Positions 17,189 through 26,813 of a DNA stretch of 64,000 nt are shown piece after piece. This DNA is from Gemmatimonadota bacterium. GTDB taxonomy: Bacteria > Gemmatimonadota > Gemmatimonadetes > Gemmatimonadales > Gemmatimonadaceae. The translations under genes were made by a program, and so were the position numbers. Where the stretch lies: positions 11,741-75,740 of the forward strand of contig CAUJFW010000239.1 in the NCBI GenBank assembly GCA_963170075.1, written 5' to 3'. Under the pieces are notes generated by a model. It saw only the letters and a list, made by a program, of their open reading frames with translations. It searched no databases and was not told the DNA's origin. Position 1 is the stretch's first letter. Every line of letters starts with the position of its first letter.

Positions 17189-18481
17189 ATGCACACCACT
17201 TCCACAGACGTCGTGATCATCGGCGCGGGTCCGTCCGGCACGGTTGCCGCGTCGATGCTCGTGCGCAAAGGATGGTCGGTTGAAGTGGTGGAGCGCGGGC
17301 ATTTTCCGCGCTTCTCCATCGGCGAAAGTCTGTTGCCGCAGTCGATGGTCTTTCTCGAAGAAGCGGGATTGCTCGCGGACATCGAAGCGATCGGCTTTCA
17401 GTTCAAGGATGGGGCCGCCTTTCACAAGCAAGGCGTGGACACGGCCATCTACTTTCCGGACAAGAGTACACCGGGTCCGGCCACGACGTTTCAGGTGCGT
17501 CGCGACATCTTCGATGACACGCTGGCGAAAGGTGCTGCCGCCCAAGGCGCACACATCGTGTTTGGCGAAGAAGTGATCGCCTTTGAAAGCAGTGACGCCG
17601 GCGCGACCGTTACCGTACGCAACGAGCAGGGCGAGTTGCGGCGCATCGAAGCACGATTCGCGCTCGACGCCAGCGGATTCGGTCGCACGCTCAGTCGGTT
17701 GCTCGACCTCGAGGAGCCGTCGGAGTTTCCGATGCGGCGCTCGGTGTTTTGTCACGTGCGCGATCACATCACCGAACCGACGTTCGATCGCAACAAGATT
17801 CTGATCTCCGTCAACCCCAATAATCCGGAGATCTGGTACTGGCTCATCCCGTTGCACGATGGCCTCTCGTCCGTCGGCGCCGTGGGCGAACAGGCGATGA
17901 TCGAAGCTGCGGGCGACACCGATCACGAGCGGCTCTGGTCGCTCATCGGTGAGGTCGGGTATCTGGCCAAGGTGCTCGAACACGCCGAGATCGTGCGACC
18001 AGTCGGCACGATTGTGGGATATGCGTGCAGTGTGAAGAGTCTGATCGGCCCCAGCTACGCGCTGCTCGGGAATGCGGCCGAGTTTCTCGATCCGGTGTTT
18101 TCATCCGGCGTCACCATTGCGCTCAAGTCGGCCAGTCTCGCCACGGCGCTGATCGATCGACACCTGCGCGGTGACGCCGTCGACTGGACGGCGGAATTTG
18201 TCGAGCCGCTCTATGTCGGCATCGAGACCTTTCGCGCCTGTGTCGAAGCGTGGTATTCGGGGCGTCTGCAGCGCATCATCTTCAATCGCCCTGACACCAT
18301 GACCGATGCGCAGCGCATGGTGACGGCGGTACTGGCCGGTTATGCGTGGGACCCCAACAACGCGATCGTGCGCGAGCCGGCGCGTATGCTGCGCCTGCTC
18401 GACGAACTCACGTCGGCGCGGGGACCGGCTGCACCGCACCGTGACGACGCAGTTCCAATGCCGGCAGCCGCGACGTCATAA
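17189..18481 (+). CDS. FAD-dependent oxidoreductase of the flavin-dependent halogenase family
   Basis: GAGPSG, RFSIGES, FQFKDGAAF (putative catalytic Lys), WYWLIP (WxWxIP), FLDPVFSSG. Confidence 0.85.
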   Translation: MHTTSTDVVIIGAGPSGTVAASMLVRKGWSVEVVERGHFPRFSIGESLLPQSMVFLEEAGLLADIEAIGFQFKDGAAFHKQGVDTAIYFPDKSTPGPATTFQVRRDIFDDTLAKGAAAQGAHIVFGEEVIAFESSDAGATVTVRNEQGELRRIEARFALDASGFGRTLSRLLDLEEPSEFPMRRSVFCHVRDHITEPTFDRNKILISVNPNNPEIWYWLIPLHDGLSSVGAVGEQAMIEAAGDTDHERLWSLIGEVGYLAKVLEHAEIVRPVGTIVGYACSVKSLIGPSYALLGNAAEFLDPVFSSGVTIALKSASLATALIDRHLRGDAVDWTAEFVEPLYVGIETFRACVEAWYSGRLQRIIFNRPDTMTDAQRMVTAVLAGYAWDPNNAIVREPARMLRLLDELTSARGPAAPHRDDAVPMPAAATS

Positions 18482-18890
18482 ACGGTCGTGACCAGCGAGC
18501 CCGACCGTTACGAGGCGATGGCTCTAATCAGCGACGGACCAAGCGCGACGCCTGCAGCCTCTCACCGATCACCGGCGGTTGCCCGGTAACACGCACCACG
18601 CGGCCGCGAGGATGACCAATAATTGTTCGAGCAGCAGGGGGAGATCGAGCACGAATCGGGACGCGAAGACGCTCAGGGACGCAGCTCGTCGGCACGGGCG
18701 CTCGACGAACCGAATATACCAAGTGACACGCGACTCGTCCCGTGCTCTGCCGCACGCGACGACCGGCGCGCGCTGTCGCCCGGCGCGTACCGTGCACGCG
18801 ACTGGACTTGACGAACGTGCCGGCTGAAGATTGCTTCGAACGGAAGCAGCCGCATTTCGCGGTGTACACTCTCACCACGACGGAATGAAC

Positions 18891-19466
18891 ATGAAGAATC
18901 TCGTACGTGCGGTGGCGCTCGCGGCCGCGGTTGCTGCAGCGCCGAGCGTGCTGTTGGCGCAAAAGAATCAGTTTGAAGTGGGGAGCAAGGTGCTGAACCT
19001 GGGCGTCGTCATCGGTGACGAAGTCGGGGGCGGTATCGGACTTGGTGCCGGATTTGAGGTAGGAATCAAGGATATCGCCGGTCAGGTCCGCCTTGGCATC
19101 GGGGGCGCAGTCAGCATTCTGCGCAACGACTACGGCACCGGAGTGCGTACGCCGACTTACACGTATGAGTATACGAATACGGTCATGCCCATCGTCGTTT
19201 TCGTGAACGGTCACTACCAGCTTGAGCAGGTGCCAAAACTCGACCTGTTCGCTGGTCCTGTGGTCGGAATTACTCGTTACAGCACGAAGTCGGAGGTGCG
19301 CACCGGCGGCTCAACGACTGCTTCGACTGCCAGCAGCTCCGATCCGGCTATCGGAATTCAGGCTGGGGGACGCTATGAACTCGCGCCGCGCATAGCGGCG
19401 TCAGCGCAATTGAGCGCGGGAAACAATCTGCCATTCCTCACTGCCGGCATCGCGTTCAAGTTCTAA
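18891..19466 (+). CDS. Outer-membrane beta-barrel protein (OmpA/OmpW-like)
   Basis: Signal peptide, alternating Gly/aromatic strands, C-terminal Phe (GIAFKF). Confidence 0.75.
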   Translation: MKNLVRAVALAAAVAAAPSVLLAQKNQFEVGSKVLNLGVVIGDEVGGGIGLGAGFEVGIKDIAGQVRLGIGGAVSILRNDYGTGVRTPTYTYEYTNTVMPIVVFVNGHYQLEQVPKLDLFAGPVVGITRYSTKSEVRTGGSTTASTASSSDPAIGIQAGGRYELAPRIAASAQLSAGNNLPFLTAGIAFKF

Positions 19467-19486
19467 GTCACTGTACGTCTGCAGAC

Positions 19487-19523
19487 ACAACGGGGGCCGG
19501 CGATTCTCGCCGGCCCCCGTTGT
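19487..19523. terminator. Bidirectional intrinsic terminator-like hairpin
   Basis: Perfect 17-bp inverted repeat acaacgggggccggcga-ttc-tcgccggcccccgttgt between convergent genes. Confidence 0.85.
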
Positions 19524-19539
19524 CATGGTGTCGCACGAC

Positions 19540-20154
19540 TTAGAACGCGTACCCGACCGTCAGCCGCACCGTCGGCAGCACCCGCTCCACCCCGCGGAAT
19601 TTTTCACGCGCGCCGAGGTAGCGCTTGGCCCCTGCGCCAACGGTTACCGCCATCACCTGGCTCGGACCGAGCAGCCACTGATACGCGCCCTCCACAGCGA
19701 AACTGCCCGTGGTGAACGAGCGTGTGATCTTCCCCGTGCACGCACCACCGCCATCGGGAATCACGCAATCTTCGGCGTCGGTGTCCTCGATGCGCGCGAC
19801 ACCGAGTGAACCCGCCATGTTGAAGCCGACGAACGTCTCGCTCGGATAAATGCGCAGCTTTGCGTCGACGTTGGTATACCGCGTGTCATTGGGTTTGATA
19901 TGCGACATCGCGAGCGCGACCGCCGCCGCCGGCGCCACACGCTGTTCGAACTCACCGGCGAAGTAGCCGAAGAGTGGCAGAAACGGATTGATGGAGATCA
20001 TGCGCGACGGGCCATTGCCACCCGAGGCGCTGCGTGTCTGCTGCGCCAGGGTCTGGGCATCGAGCGTGTGCGCGGACAGGGCGGCGCAGGAGAGTGCAAG
20101 CGTCGCACGGCCCACGGTGCGCGCGAGAGACCGCGACAGAAAGGGGAGGATCAT
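19540..20154 (-). CDS. Putative outer-membrane beta-barrel protein
   Basis: Signal peptide, ISINPF first strand, amphipathic strands, ends RLTVGYAF. Confidence 0.65.
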   Translation of the reverse strand: MILPFLSRSLARTVGRATLALSCAALSAHTLDAQTLAQQTRSASGGNGPSRMISINPFLPLFGYFAGEFEQRVAPAAAVALAMSHIKPNDTRYTNVDAKLRIYPSETFVGFNMAGSLGVARIEDTDAEDCVIPDGGGACTGKITRSFTTGSFAVEGAYQWLLGPSQVMAVTVGAGAKRYLGAREKFRGVERVLPTVRLTVGYAF

Positions 20155-20176
20155 GTGTCAGCCGACAGGTTGAGGC

Positions 20177-21490
20177 TTATCGCGCCTGCAGGATGGCCTG
20201 CGCAGCGCTTTGCCCGCCGCGCGCAGCCCCTTCAAGCGAACTGGAATGCAGGAACTCGCTGGCCCGCCAGACACCCGGTACGCCGCAAGCGATCGTCGGA
20301 CGATGCCCACGCCAACCCGGCGGTTGTGCAAACTGCGCATACGGTACCCGCCAAATGGCGAGACGGTTCAGATCGTCGCCGGGAGCCACCGCTGTGCCAG
20401 CCGCTGCGGCCATGGCCGCCAGCTCGGTCCGGGCCCGTGCGTCGAGTTCGTCATCGGGGAGCGCCGCCGTCGGCCCAACCGCCGTGGCGGCGAGCAGCGC
20501 GACACCCGCTGGTGCGTACTCCGGCGCGACATCGGTGAGTGTGACAGCATGACTGACCGCCGCGTTGGGATCGGCGTTCAGCCAGAGTGCCTTGCCGGGC
20601 AGAAGCGGCTGTCGGCTGTGGTAGTAGAGGGTGGTGCACCCGTGGGCGCCCGTTGGAACCTCGAGTGTGATGCCGGCGGTCGCCGCGATCGCGGCAGCCG
20701 ATGACGGATCGGTGGCCAGCACGACATGCGCCGCCTCGAATCGACTGCCGTCGTCCAGCACCACCCCGTGCAGCGCCCCCTCGCGGAGATCGAGCGAACG
20801 CACCCCCACCCCCACGCGCACGGCCCCGGGCGGCAGCTGCGCGGCAAGCTGTGCGCTGATCGCCCCCATGCCGCGGGCCGGGACTGCCGTGGCGCCCTCG
20901 GCCAGCATCTTGAACGTGAACAGCAGGATCGACGCGCTCGTCGACAGTGATCGATCCAGCAGGATACCGCCGTAGAACGGCGCGAAGAACCCATCGATCA
21001 CGTCGGTGCCAAAGCCGCGCGACTCGAGAAACACACGGGTCGATACGCCATCGAAACGTGCGGCGAAACACTCGTCGATGGTGAGCTGCTGCGCAAAACG
21101 GCGGAGCGCGAGCATGCGCAGTTTGTCACCCACGGAGACGGCGCGGGCCAGAATGGTATCGATCAGCAGCGAGGGATCGCGCAACGCGTCGCCGATCAGC
21201 GAGGCCCGTCCATCGCGCACGATATGCGCGGCCGGCTGGAACTCACGCAGCGCCAGCGACGCCCGATCGAGATACGAGCCGAGTGTCGGATAGGCCGTGA
21301 AGAGCACCTGAAATCCGTGGTCGACGACCATCCGTTGCATCATCGTCGACCGGACGCGCCCGCCCACATCGGCGGCGCGCTCGAGGACCACCACCGGCCG
21401 GCCGGCCCGATGCAATTCGATCGCGCACACCAACCCGGCGATCCCGGCGCCGATGACGACGACCGTATTCGAGGCAGGCTCTGATGACAT
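20177..21490 (-). CDS. FAD-dependent oxidoreductase (amine oxidase/protoporphyrinogen oxidase-like)
   Basis: VIGAGIAGL, VGGRVRS, DHGFQVLFTAYP and SLEGAARGG motifs. Confidence 0.85.
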   Translation of the reverse strand: MSSEPASNTVVVIGAGIAGLVCAIELHRAGRPVVVLERAADVGGRVRSTMMQRMVVDHGFQVLFTAYPTLGSYLDRASLALREFQPAAHIVRDGRASLIGDALRDPSLLIDTILARAVSVGDKLRMLALRRFAQQLTIDECFAARFDGVSTRVFLESRGFGTDVIDGFFAPFYGGILLDRSLSTSASILLFTFKMLAEGATAVPARGMGAISAQLAAQLPPGAVRVGVGVRSLDLREGALHGVVLDDGSRFEAAHVVLATDPSSAAAIAATAGITLEVPTGAHGCTTLYYHSRQPLLPGKALWLNADPNAAVSHAVTLTDVAPEYAPAGVALLAATAVGPTAALPDDELDARARTELAAMAAAAGTAVAPGDDLNRLAIWRVPYAQFAQPPGWRGHRPTIACGVPGVWRASEFLHSSSLEGAARGGQSAAQAILQAR

Positions 21491-21640
21491 GCCGAATAGT
21501 GTGCAGAAACACCGGCGGAGAGTAGCGGAGAATTGCCGTGCCTGCGGTGTACTCTGGACGCAACTTCGGGCCGTTCCTATCTTGCCCGCGGGTCAGGACC
21601 CGCACGCCCGACCATTTCCCTACAGACCAGGACCGAATAG

Positions 21641-22303
21641 ATGACGCGCCGCCTTGCCGCACTTGCCGCGACGATGCTGTCGTTGGCCTCGACGACGATC
21701 ATTGCATCGTCTGCCTCAGCGCAGTCTTCGCCCGTACGGCTCGGCGTGTTGGGCGGCATGAACGTGGCAACCCTGCGAACGGATATCGACGGCTTCTTCG
21801 AGCCGGACAACCGCATTGGCGGGGTGCTGGGCGTGCAGTTCATCGCGCCGCTCAGCGGGATGGTCGGACTGGAAATCGACGGCTTGTATTCGATGAAGGG
21901 TGCCAAAGTCGGCGTCTCCGCCTTCGACGCCACCGCCAAGTTCGACTACCTCGAGTTCCCGGTGCTGCTGCGCCTCGATCTCGCCAAGGCCTCGCCGATC
22001 TCGCCGTATATCGTGGCCGGTCCGAGCTTCGCCGTTCGCGTGCGCTGCAAGTTCGGTGTGCAGGTCTTCATTTCGGTGGCGACCGACTGCGACAACGTCG
22101 ACAACGTGTTCGACACGAAACTCACCAAAACGTTTGACGCCGGTGCCGTCATCGGCGGCGGACTCGATTTCGCCGTGGGCGCCAACACGGTGTCGTTCGG
22201 CGCGCGCTACACGTATGGTCTGGTCGATCTGGCGGACATCGGCTCCATCCGCAATCGCGCCATCTCGTTGTTGGGCGGCGTGTCGATGCCTATCGGCCGA
22301 TAG
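21641..22303 (+). CDS. Porin-family outer-membrane beta-barrel protein
   Basis: Signal peptide, LGVLGGMN, YSMKG, DYLEFPVLLR and GARYTYGL motifs. Confidence 0.8.
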   Translation: MTRRLAALAATMLSLASTTIIASSASAQSSPVRLGVLGGMNVATLRTDIDGFFEPDNRIGGVLGVQFIAPLSGMVGLEIDGLYSMKGAKVGVSAFDATAKFDYLEFPVLLRLDLAKASPISPYIVAGPSFAVRVRCKFGVQVFISVATDCDNVDNVFDTKLTKTFDAGAVIGGGLDFAVGANTVSFGARYTYGLVDLADIGSIRNRAISLLGGVSMPIGR

Positions 22304-22319
22304 CCTTCCCACCACACAC

Positions 22320-22356
22320 AAACGCGGGGCGACACCTGGTGTGTCGCCCCGCGTTT
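22320..22356. terminator. Intrinsic terminator hairpin
   Basis: 16-bp stem aaacgcggggcgacac / gtgtcgccccgcgttt followed by a T-run, between convergent genes. Confidence 0.85.
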
Positions 22357-22375
22357 TGTTCGTCAAGCCGGCGTG

Positions 22376-22951
22376 TTAGAAACGCACGCCGAAGGTGATC
22401 GGGACGTAACGGGCGCTGCTGCCGTCGGTGAAGATGTTCACGACCTTGGCTTCCACGAAGGTGGAGAAACCCGACAGGTTGAAGTCAAAGCCGCCGCCCG
22501 CCTGCACGCCGACATTGGTAGTGCTCGCCGACACCGTGCCGCCGCCAATCGGAAAGAGCGTCGTCTGCGAACGGTAGGCACCCACGCCGCCGAGCAGGAA
22601 GGGACGCGCCGCCGACGTCGTCTCACCCAGACGGAAAATGGCATTCCCGGTCAGCGCCGCGACGTTGCGTGATTTTTCCGCCAACGCGACGGCATCTGAC
22701 GCATCCCAGGCATCGTAGCTCAGGTCGCCGCGAAGGTTCAGACGCGGCATCGTGGTCGGGGCGAGATACACATGGCCCGCCACACTGTAGCCCGACTTCG
22801 TGCGATCGCCCAGATCACCGATCGGCTGCGACAAGCCACCACTGACGCCAAAGCCGATGGTCCGGGCGCTCTGGGCCGTCGCGACAGACGTGGCGACCAA
22901 GGGCAAGGCAAATAGGGTCATTAGACCCATGAGTTTCGCTGACCGCTTCAT
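22376..22951 (-). CDS. Outer-membrane beta-barrel protein
   Basis: Signal peptide MKRSAKLMGLMTLFALPLVATSVATAQ; ends YVPITFGVRF. Confidence 0.78.
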   Translation of the reverse strand: MKRSAKLMGLMTLFALPLVATSVATAQSARTIGFGVSGGLSQPIGDLGDRTKSGYSVAGHVYLAPTTMPRLNLRGDLSYDAWDASDAVALAEKSRNVAALTGNAIFRLGETTSAARPFLLGGVGAYRSQTTLFPIGGGTVSASTTNVGVQAGGGFDFNLSGFSTFVEAKVVNIFTDGSSARYVPITFGVRF

Positions 22952-23113
22952 GAAGTTGCTCCTTCGAGGTGTGAGCGCAGTGCTACCCCTCGACGCTGCA
23001 GAGGTCCGCACATCACCAAAAATTCCGTGATGCCGAACACCGCAGCGCACTCATGCATGCCTCGACGGGCGTCGGGGTTTGATCCACACGCAGAACATTT
23101 TGGAGAGAATCTG

Positions 23114-23755
23114 ATGTTTCCCAATTCATCGCTCGCTCGCGTCGCCGCGATCGCGGTGTTTGCGGCCGCCGCGCCAACGCTGGAGGCGCAGGCCGCGCGC
23201 TCGAATACCCGTGGCGTCATGTTCGGCGCGCACCTGAACGGCTCCGCGTTGACCTATGAAAAGCAGGACGCCGAATCCGGTGGTGGCGCCGGCATCGCGC
23301 TCGGCTGGGGCTTCACGCCCAAGCTGCAGGTCTTCCTCAACGTCGATGCGGCCAAGGTCGATATCAAGGTGGACCCGGGCGACGGCCAGGATCTCGATAT
23401 CGACGTCGGTGAGTCGTACGCGCTCGTGCACGGCGACATCGGGCTGCGGTACTCGTTTGCCAATCCGAATCGGGCGTTCGTCCCGTACATCAGTGCGGCG
23501 TTCTCCACGCGCGCGGCCACGGCTGAGGTGCTCGGTGAAGACGTCAGCATCAGCGGTCCGGCGTTTACCGTGGGCGGTGGCATTCAGTATTTCTTCACCG
23601 AAAAGCTCGCGCTCGATGCTGGGCTGCTGTTCTCCACCGGCAAGTTCGACACCGTGAAGGTTGGCAATGTCACGATCGACGGCATCGATTCTGAACTGTC
23701 CAACTCGACGCGTTTCAACATCGGCGTCAAGTTCTATCCGCAGATTCGCAAGTAA
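23114..23755 (+). CDS. Outer-membrane beta-barrel protein
   Basis: GGAGAG RBS, signal peptide, GGGIQYF strand, ends FNIGVKFYPQIRK. Confidence 0.78.
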   Translation: MFPNSSLARVAAIAVFAAAAPTLEAQAARSNTRGVMFGAHLNGSALTYEKQDAESGGGAGIALGWGFTPKLQVFLNVDAAKVDIKVDPGDGQDLDIDVGESYALVHGDIGLRYSFANPNRAFVPYISAAFSTRAATAEVLGEDVSISGPAFTVGGGIQYFFTEKLALDAGLLFSTGKFDTVKVGNVTIDGIDSELSNSTRFNIGVKFYPQIRK

Positions 23756-23796
23756 GACAACGGCCGATGCCGACCGCCAAGGCGGACCCCGCCGCG

Positions 23797-23826
23797 CAAT
23801 CCGTTCGCTGATCCGCGAACGGATTG
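23797..23826. terminator. Hairpin between convergent genes
   Basis: 12-bp inverted repeat caatccgttcgc-tgatcc-gcgaacggattg. Confidence 0.65.
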
Positions 23827-23847
23827 TTGCCGCGGTGTCGCTGCAAA

Positions 23848-24327
23848 TCAGCCGGGAATGGTGTCGACCTTGGTGACGAAATATTCGGATTCACCAAAGC
23901 AGGACGTGGGCACATTGATGTGCTGCTCGTAGTGCATCGTCACGCGTTTGCCACTGAGCGTCTCGATCACGTGCGCGAGTGAATCGCTGCGCACGGTGAA
24001 GTTGAAACTGTCGGAGCGAAAGCCCTTGGCAATGTCCGTGTACAGCGTGCCTTCCCACGTCTTGCACACGAATCCCTTGCGGGAAATCTTCTGCACGTAT
24101 CCCGCGCGTTGACCGCTCGAGTACGACCAGCTGAGCGTGATGAACGCCCACAGGGCAAACCCCGCCATGGGCAGGCCCAGAAGCGAGGTCACGGTCAGTT
24201 TGCCCCAGTGCCGGCGCGCGAACGACCGTTTGGGGACGGCGGCCAGCGGCGCGGCCGCACCATCGAGCGGCCGGTCCGACGGCATCTCGTCGGCAGGGTC
24301 AGTCGGGCGATTCGGAGAGTCAGCCAT
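23848..24327 (-). CDS. Conserved hypothetical single-pass membrane protein
   Basis: One TM helix, then [25 protein letters not shown] and CFGESEYFV; two Cys may form a disulfide. Confidence 0.7.
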   Translation of the reverse strand: MADSPNRPTDPADEMPSDRPLDGAAAPLAAVPKRSFARRHWGKLTVTSLLGLPMAGFALWAFITLSWSYSSGQRAGYVQKISRKGFVCKTWEGTLYTDIAKGFRSDSFNFTVRSDSLAHVIETLSGKRVTMHYEQHINVPTSCFGESEYFVTKVDTIPG

Positions 24328-24396
24328 GGCCGGAACTTGGGCTGGAGGACCCGCTCGCGCTACCTTTCCTCCCGTCCATCAGCCAAGGGTCTTTTC

Positions 24397-25623
24397 GTGT
24401 CGTTTTCCGCTCGTCGTCAAACCGTGACCACGCGGGTCCGTGGGGTCGCGGTAGGGTCCGGACATCCCGTGGTGGTCCAGTCCATGACCAACACCGATAC
24501 GGCCGATGCTGCCGGCACCGCCGATCAGGTGGCGGCGCTGTTTGAAGCCGGGTCGCAGAAAGTCCGCATCACCGTCAACAACGACGAAGCCGCGCAGGCG
24601 GTCCCGGAAATTCGGCAGCGGCTGATGGATCGTGGGTTGGATGTGCCGCTGATCGGCGATTTCCACTACAACGGACATCTGCTGCTCACCAAGTACCCGG
24701 CCTGTGCCGCGGCGCTCGACAAGTATCGCATCAATCCCGGCAATGTCGGGTCCAAACATCGTGATGCGAACTTCACCACCATCGTGCAGGCGGCCATCGA
24801 TCATGACAAGCCCGTGCGCATCGGCGTCAACTGGGGCTCGCTCGATCAGGATCTGCTCACGCAGATGATGGATGCCAACGCGTCATCCGCCACCCCGCGT
24901 GACGCGAAAGACGTGTACATGGACGCCATGCTCGAAAGTGCGTTGCGTTCGGCAGCGCTGGCCGAAGAAGTTGGACTGGGCCACGACAAGATCATCGTGA
25001 GCGCCAAGATTTCCGTGGTCCCCGATCTCGTCGAGTGTTATCGCCGTCTCGCGTCGCGCTGCGACTATCCGCTGCATCTGGGGCTCACCGAAGCCGGGAT
25101 GGGCACCAAGGGCGTCGTGGCGTCGAGCGCAGCACTGGCCATCCTGCTGTCCGAAGGCATCGGCGACACCATTCGCGTGTCACTCACGCCCAAGCCCAAC
25201 GGCGATCGGCGCGAAGAGGTGTTCGTGGCCCAGCAGATTCTCCAGTCGCTTGGCCTGCGCTCGTTCGCACCGCAGGTGACCGCCTGCCCCGGCTGCGGCC
25301 GCACTACCAGCACGTTCTTCCAGCACATGGCGGAAGACATCCAGGGCTATCTGCGCGAGCAGATGCCGATCTGGCGCGAATCGCGCCCCGGTGTGGTGGA
25401 GATGAAGGTGGCCGTCATGGGCTGCGTGGTGAACGGGCCCGGTGAGTCGAAGCACGCCAACATCGGCATCTCGCTCCCCGGCACGTTCGAAGAGCCCAAA
25501 GCCCCCGTCTATGTCGACGGCAAACTCTTCACCACGCTCAAGGGCGATCGGATCGTCGAGGAATTCCTCGTCATCCTTGGCGACTATGTCGAGAAGAACT
25601 ACGGGGCGCTACAGCCGGCGTAG
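24397..25623 (+). CDS. ispG: (E)-4-hydroxy-3-methylbut-2-enyl-diphosphate synthase
   Basis: [39 protein letters not shown] and GCVVNGPGE Fe-S ligand motifs. Confidence 0.96.
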   Translation: MSFSARRQTVTTRVRGVAVGSGHPVVVQSMTNTDTADAAGTADQVAALFEAGSQKVRITVNNDEAAQAVPEIRQRLMDRGLDVPLIGDFHYNGHLLLTKYPACAAALDKYRINPGNVGSKHRDANFTTIVQAAIDHDKPVRIGVNWGSLDQDLLTQMMDANASSATPRDAKDVYMDAMLESALRSAALAEEVGLGHDKIIVSAKISVVPDLVECYRRLASRCDYPLHLGLTEAGMGTKGVVASSAALAILLSEGIGDTIRVSLTPKPNGDRREEVFVAQQILQSLGLRSFAPQVTACPGCGRTTSTFFQHMAEDIQGYLREQMPIWRESRPGVVEMKVAVMGCVVNGPGESKHANIGISLPGTFEEPKAPVYVDGKLFTTLKGDRIVEEFLVILGDYVEKNYGALQPA

Positions 25624-25636
25624 ACGCCCCCGCACG

Positions 25637-26248
25637 TCAGCGCTCTGCCAACTCCGTCGCGGCGGCCGAAAGTTCGTCGACAATAGGCCCTGAAAAACCG
25701 ATCTCACGCAACCGGTCGGCGACGCGCTGATACCAGCGCACCGTGCCCTCGCGCCCGACGGAGAACCGACCCCATACCGTTTCGGGAAACGAGGTGCGGC
25801 GCAGATCGGAGAGAATCGAGTTGGCGTTGTGCACTTTGTCAGCCGCGCAAACCCAGAGCGCGGTTTCACTCGCCAGTGAGAGCCGCTCGAGATAGTCCGT
25901 CTTCCGGTCTTCCGACGACATCTCGACCCCGTCGTCATCGACTCGGCGGTGCGTCACGGCCAGCACCGTTTCCAGCACACTCGCGCCGAACTTGCGGCCG
26001 ATGCGCTCTTCGAGCATCTCGCGCGTCCATCCATCGCGCACGCAGTCCTCGATGACGTCGTGCAAAATGCCCGCGACCACGGTGTCATCGTCGCACCCAT
26101 ATCGCGTCAGGATGATCGCGACATTGGCGGGATGCGTCAGGTATGGCAGCCGGGTGCCTTTGCGCACCTGCTGATCATGATGTTTCGCCGCGAAGGCGAA
26201 CGCATGGTTGATGCGGTCGGAATAACCGGTCATGACCGGAGTCGGCAT
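25637..26248 (-). CDS. Stand-alone HD-domain hydrolase (RelA/SpoT hydrolase-like, Mesh1/SAH)
   Basis: HHDQQVRKGTRLPYLTHPANV, LHDVIED and ADKVHN motifs; no synthetase domain. Confidence 0.85.
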   Translation of the reverse strand: MPTPVMTGYSDRINHAFAFAAKHHDQQVRKGTRLPYLTHPANVAIILTRYGCDDDTVVAGILHDVIEDCVRDGWTREMLEERIGRKFGASVLETVLAVTHRRVDDDGVEMSSEDRKTDYLERLSLASETALWVCAADKVHNANSILSDLRRTSFPETVWGRFSVGREGTVRWYQRVADRLREIGFSGPIVDELSAAATELAER

Positions 26249-26257
26249 CAGAGTGAG

Positions 26258-26767
26258 TCAGGCGGGAACCGCAACATACGTCGTCCGGGTGAACCAAGCC
26301 ACCAGAGATTCCAGTCCGGTGCGGTCCACCTCGGAAAATGCGTCGGGGACCGACGAGTCGATATCGAGCACGGCCATCAGTTCGCCGTGTCCGTCAAACA
26401 CCGGCACGACGATTTCGCTCCGCGAGCGCGGATCGCAGGTGATGTGCCCGGGGAACTGATGCACATCGGCGACCACCACCGTACGCCGTTCCGCCGCCGC
26501 CGTGCCGCACACCCCGCGGCCGAACGTGATATCAAGGCAGCCGAGTGATCCCTGATACGGACCCACACGCAACAGGCGCCCTGGTTCCACGACTCGGTAA
26601 AACCCCGTCCACAAATGCCCGAACGCGTGATGCAGGAGCGCGCTGGTCGTCGCCATCGCCGCGATCGGATCTGTGGACCCGTCAAGCAGCAGCTGTTGCA
26701 GTTCAATGACCTGCGCATAGGCCGCCTCACGCGGGATCGCACGCAGATCGGGGATAGCCGGTTCCAT
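26258..26767 (-). CDS. GAF-domain protein, free methionine-R-sulfoxide reductase-like (MsrC/YebR)
   Basis: WTGFY, GPYQGSLGC, GRGVCG and GHITCDPRSRSEIVVP with the three conserved Cys; GGAG RBS. Confidence 0.85.
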   Translation of the reverse strand: MEPAIPDLRAIPREAAYAQVIELQQLLLDGSTDPIAAMATTSALLHHAFGHLWTGFYRVVEPGRLLRVGPYQGSLGCLDITFGRGVCGTAAAERRTVVVADVHQFPGHITCDPRSRSEIVVPVFDGHGELMAVLDIDSSVPDAFSEVDRTGLESLVAWFTRTTYVAVPA

Positions 26768-26813
26768 CAGAACTCCAGGCAAAAGACAGGCGACTGGCTC
26801 ACCACTTGAGCGC

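Noticed and set aside
1-18481. Calling the cluster a flexirubin or xanthomonadin cluster specifically
   Set aside because: No darA/darB genes are visible in the window and the starter unit is unresolved; only the general aryl polyene class is supported.
23848-24327. Dehydrogenase label, which I recall being attached to similar proteins
   Set aside because: No Rossmann motif and only 159 aa with a TM helix; treated as hypothetical.
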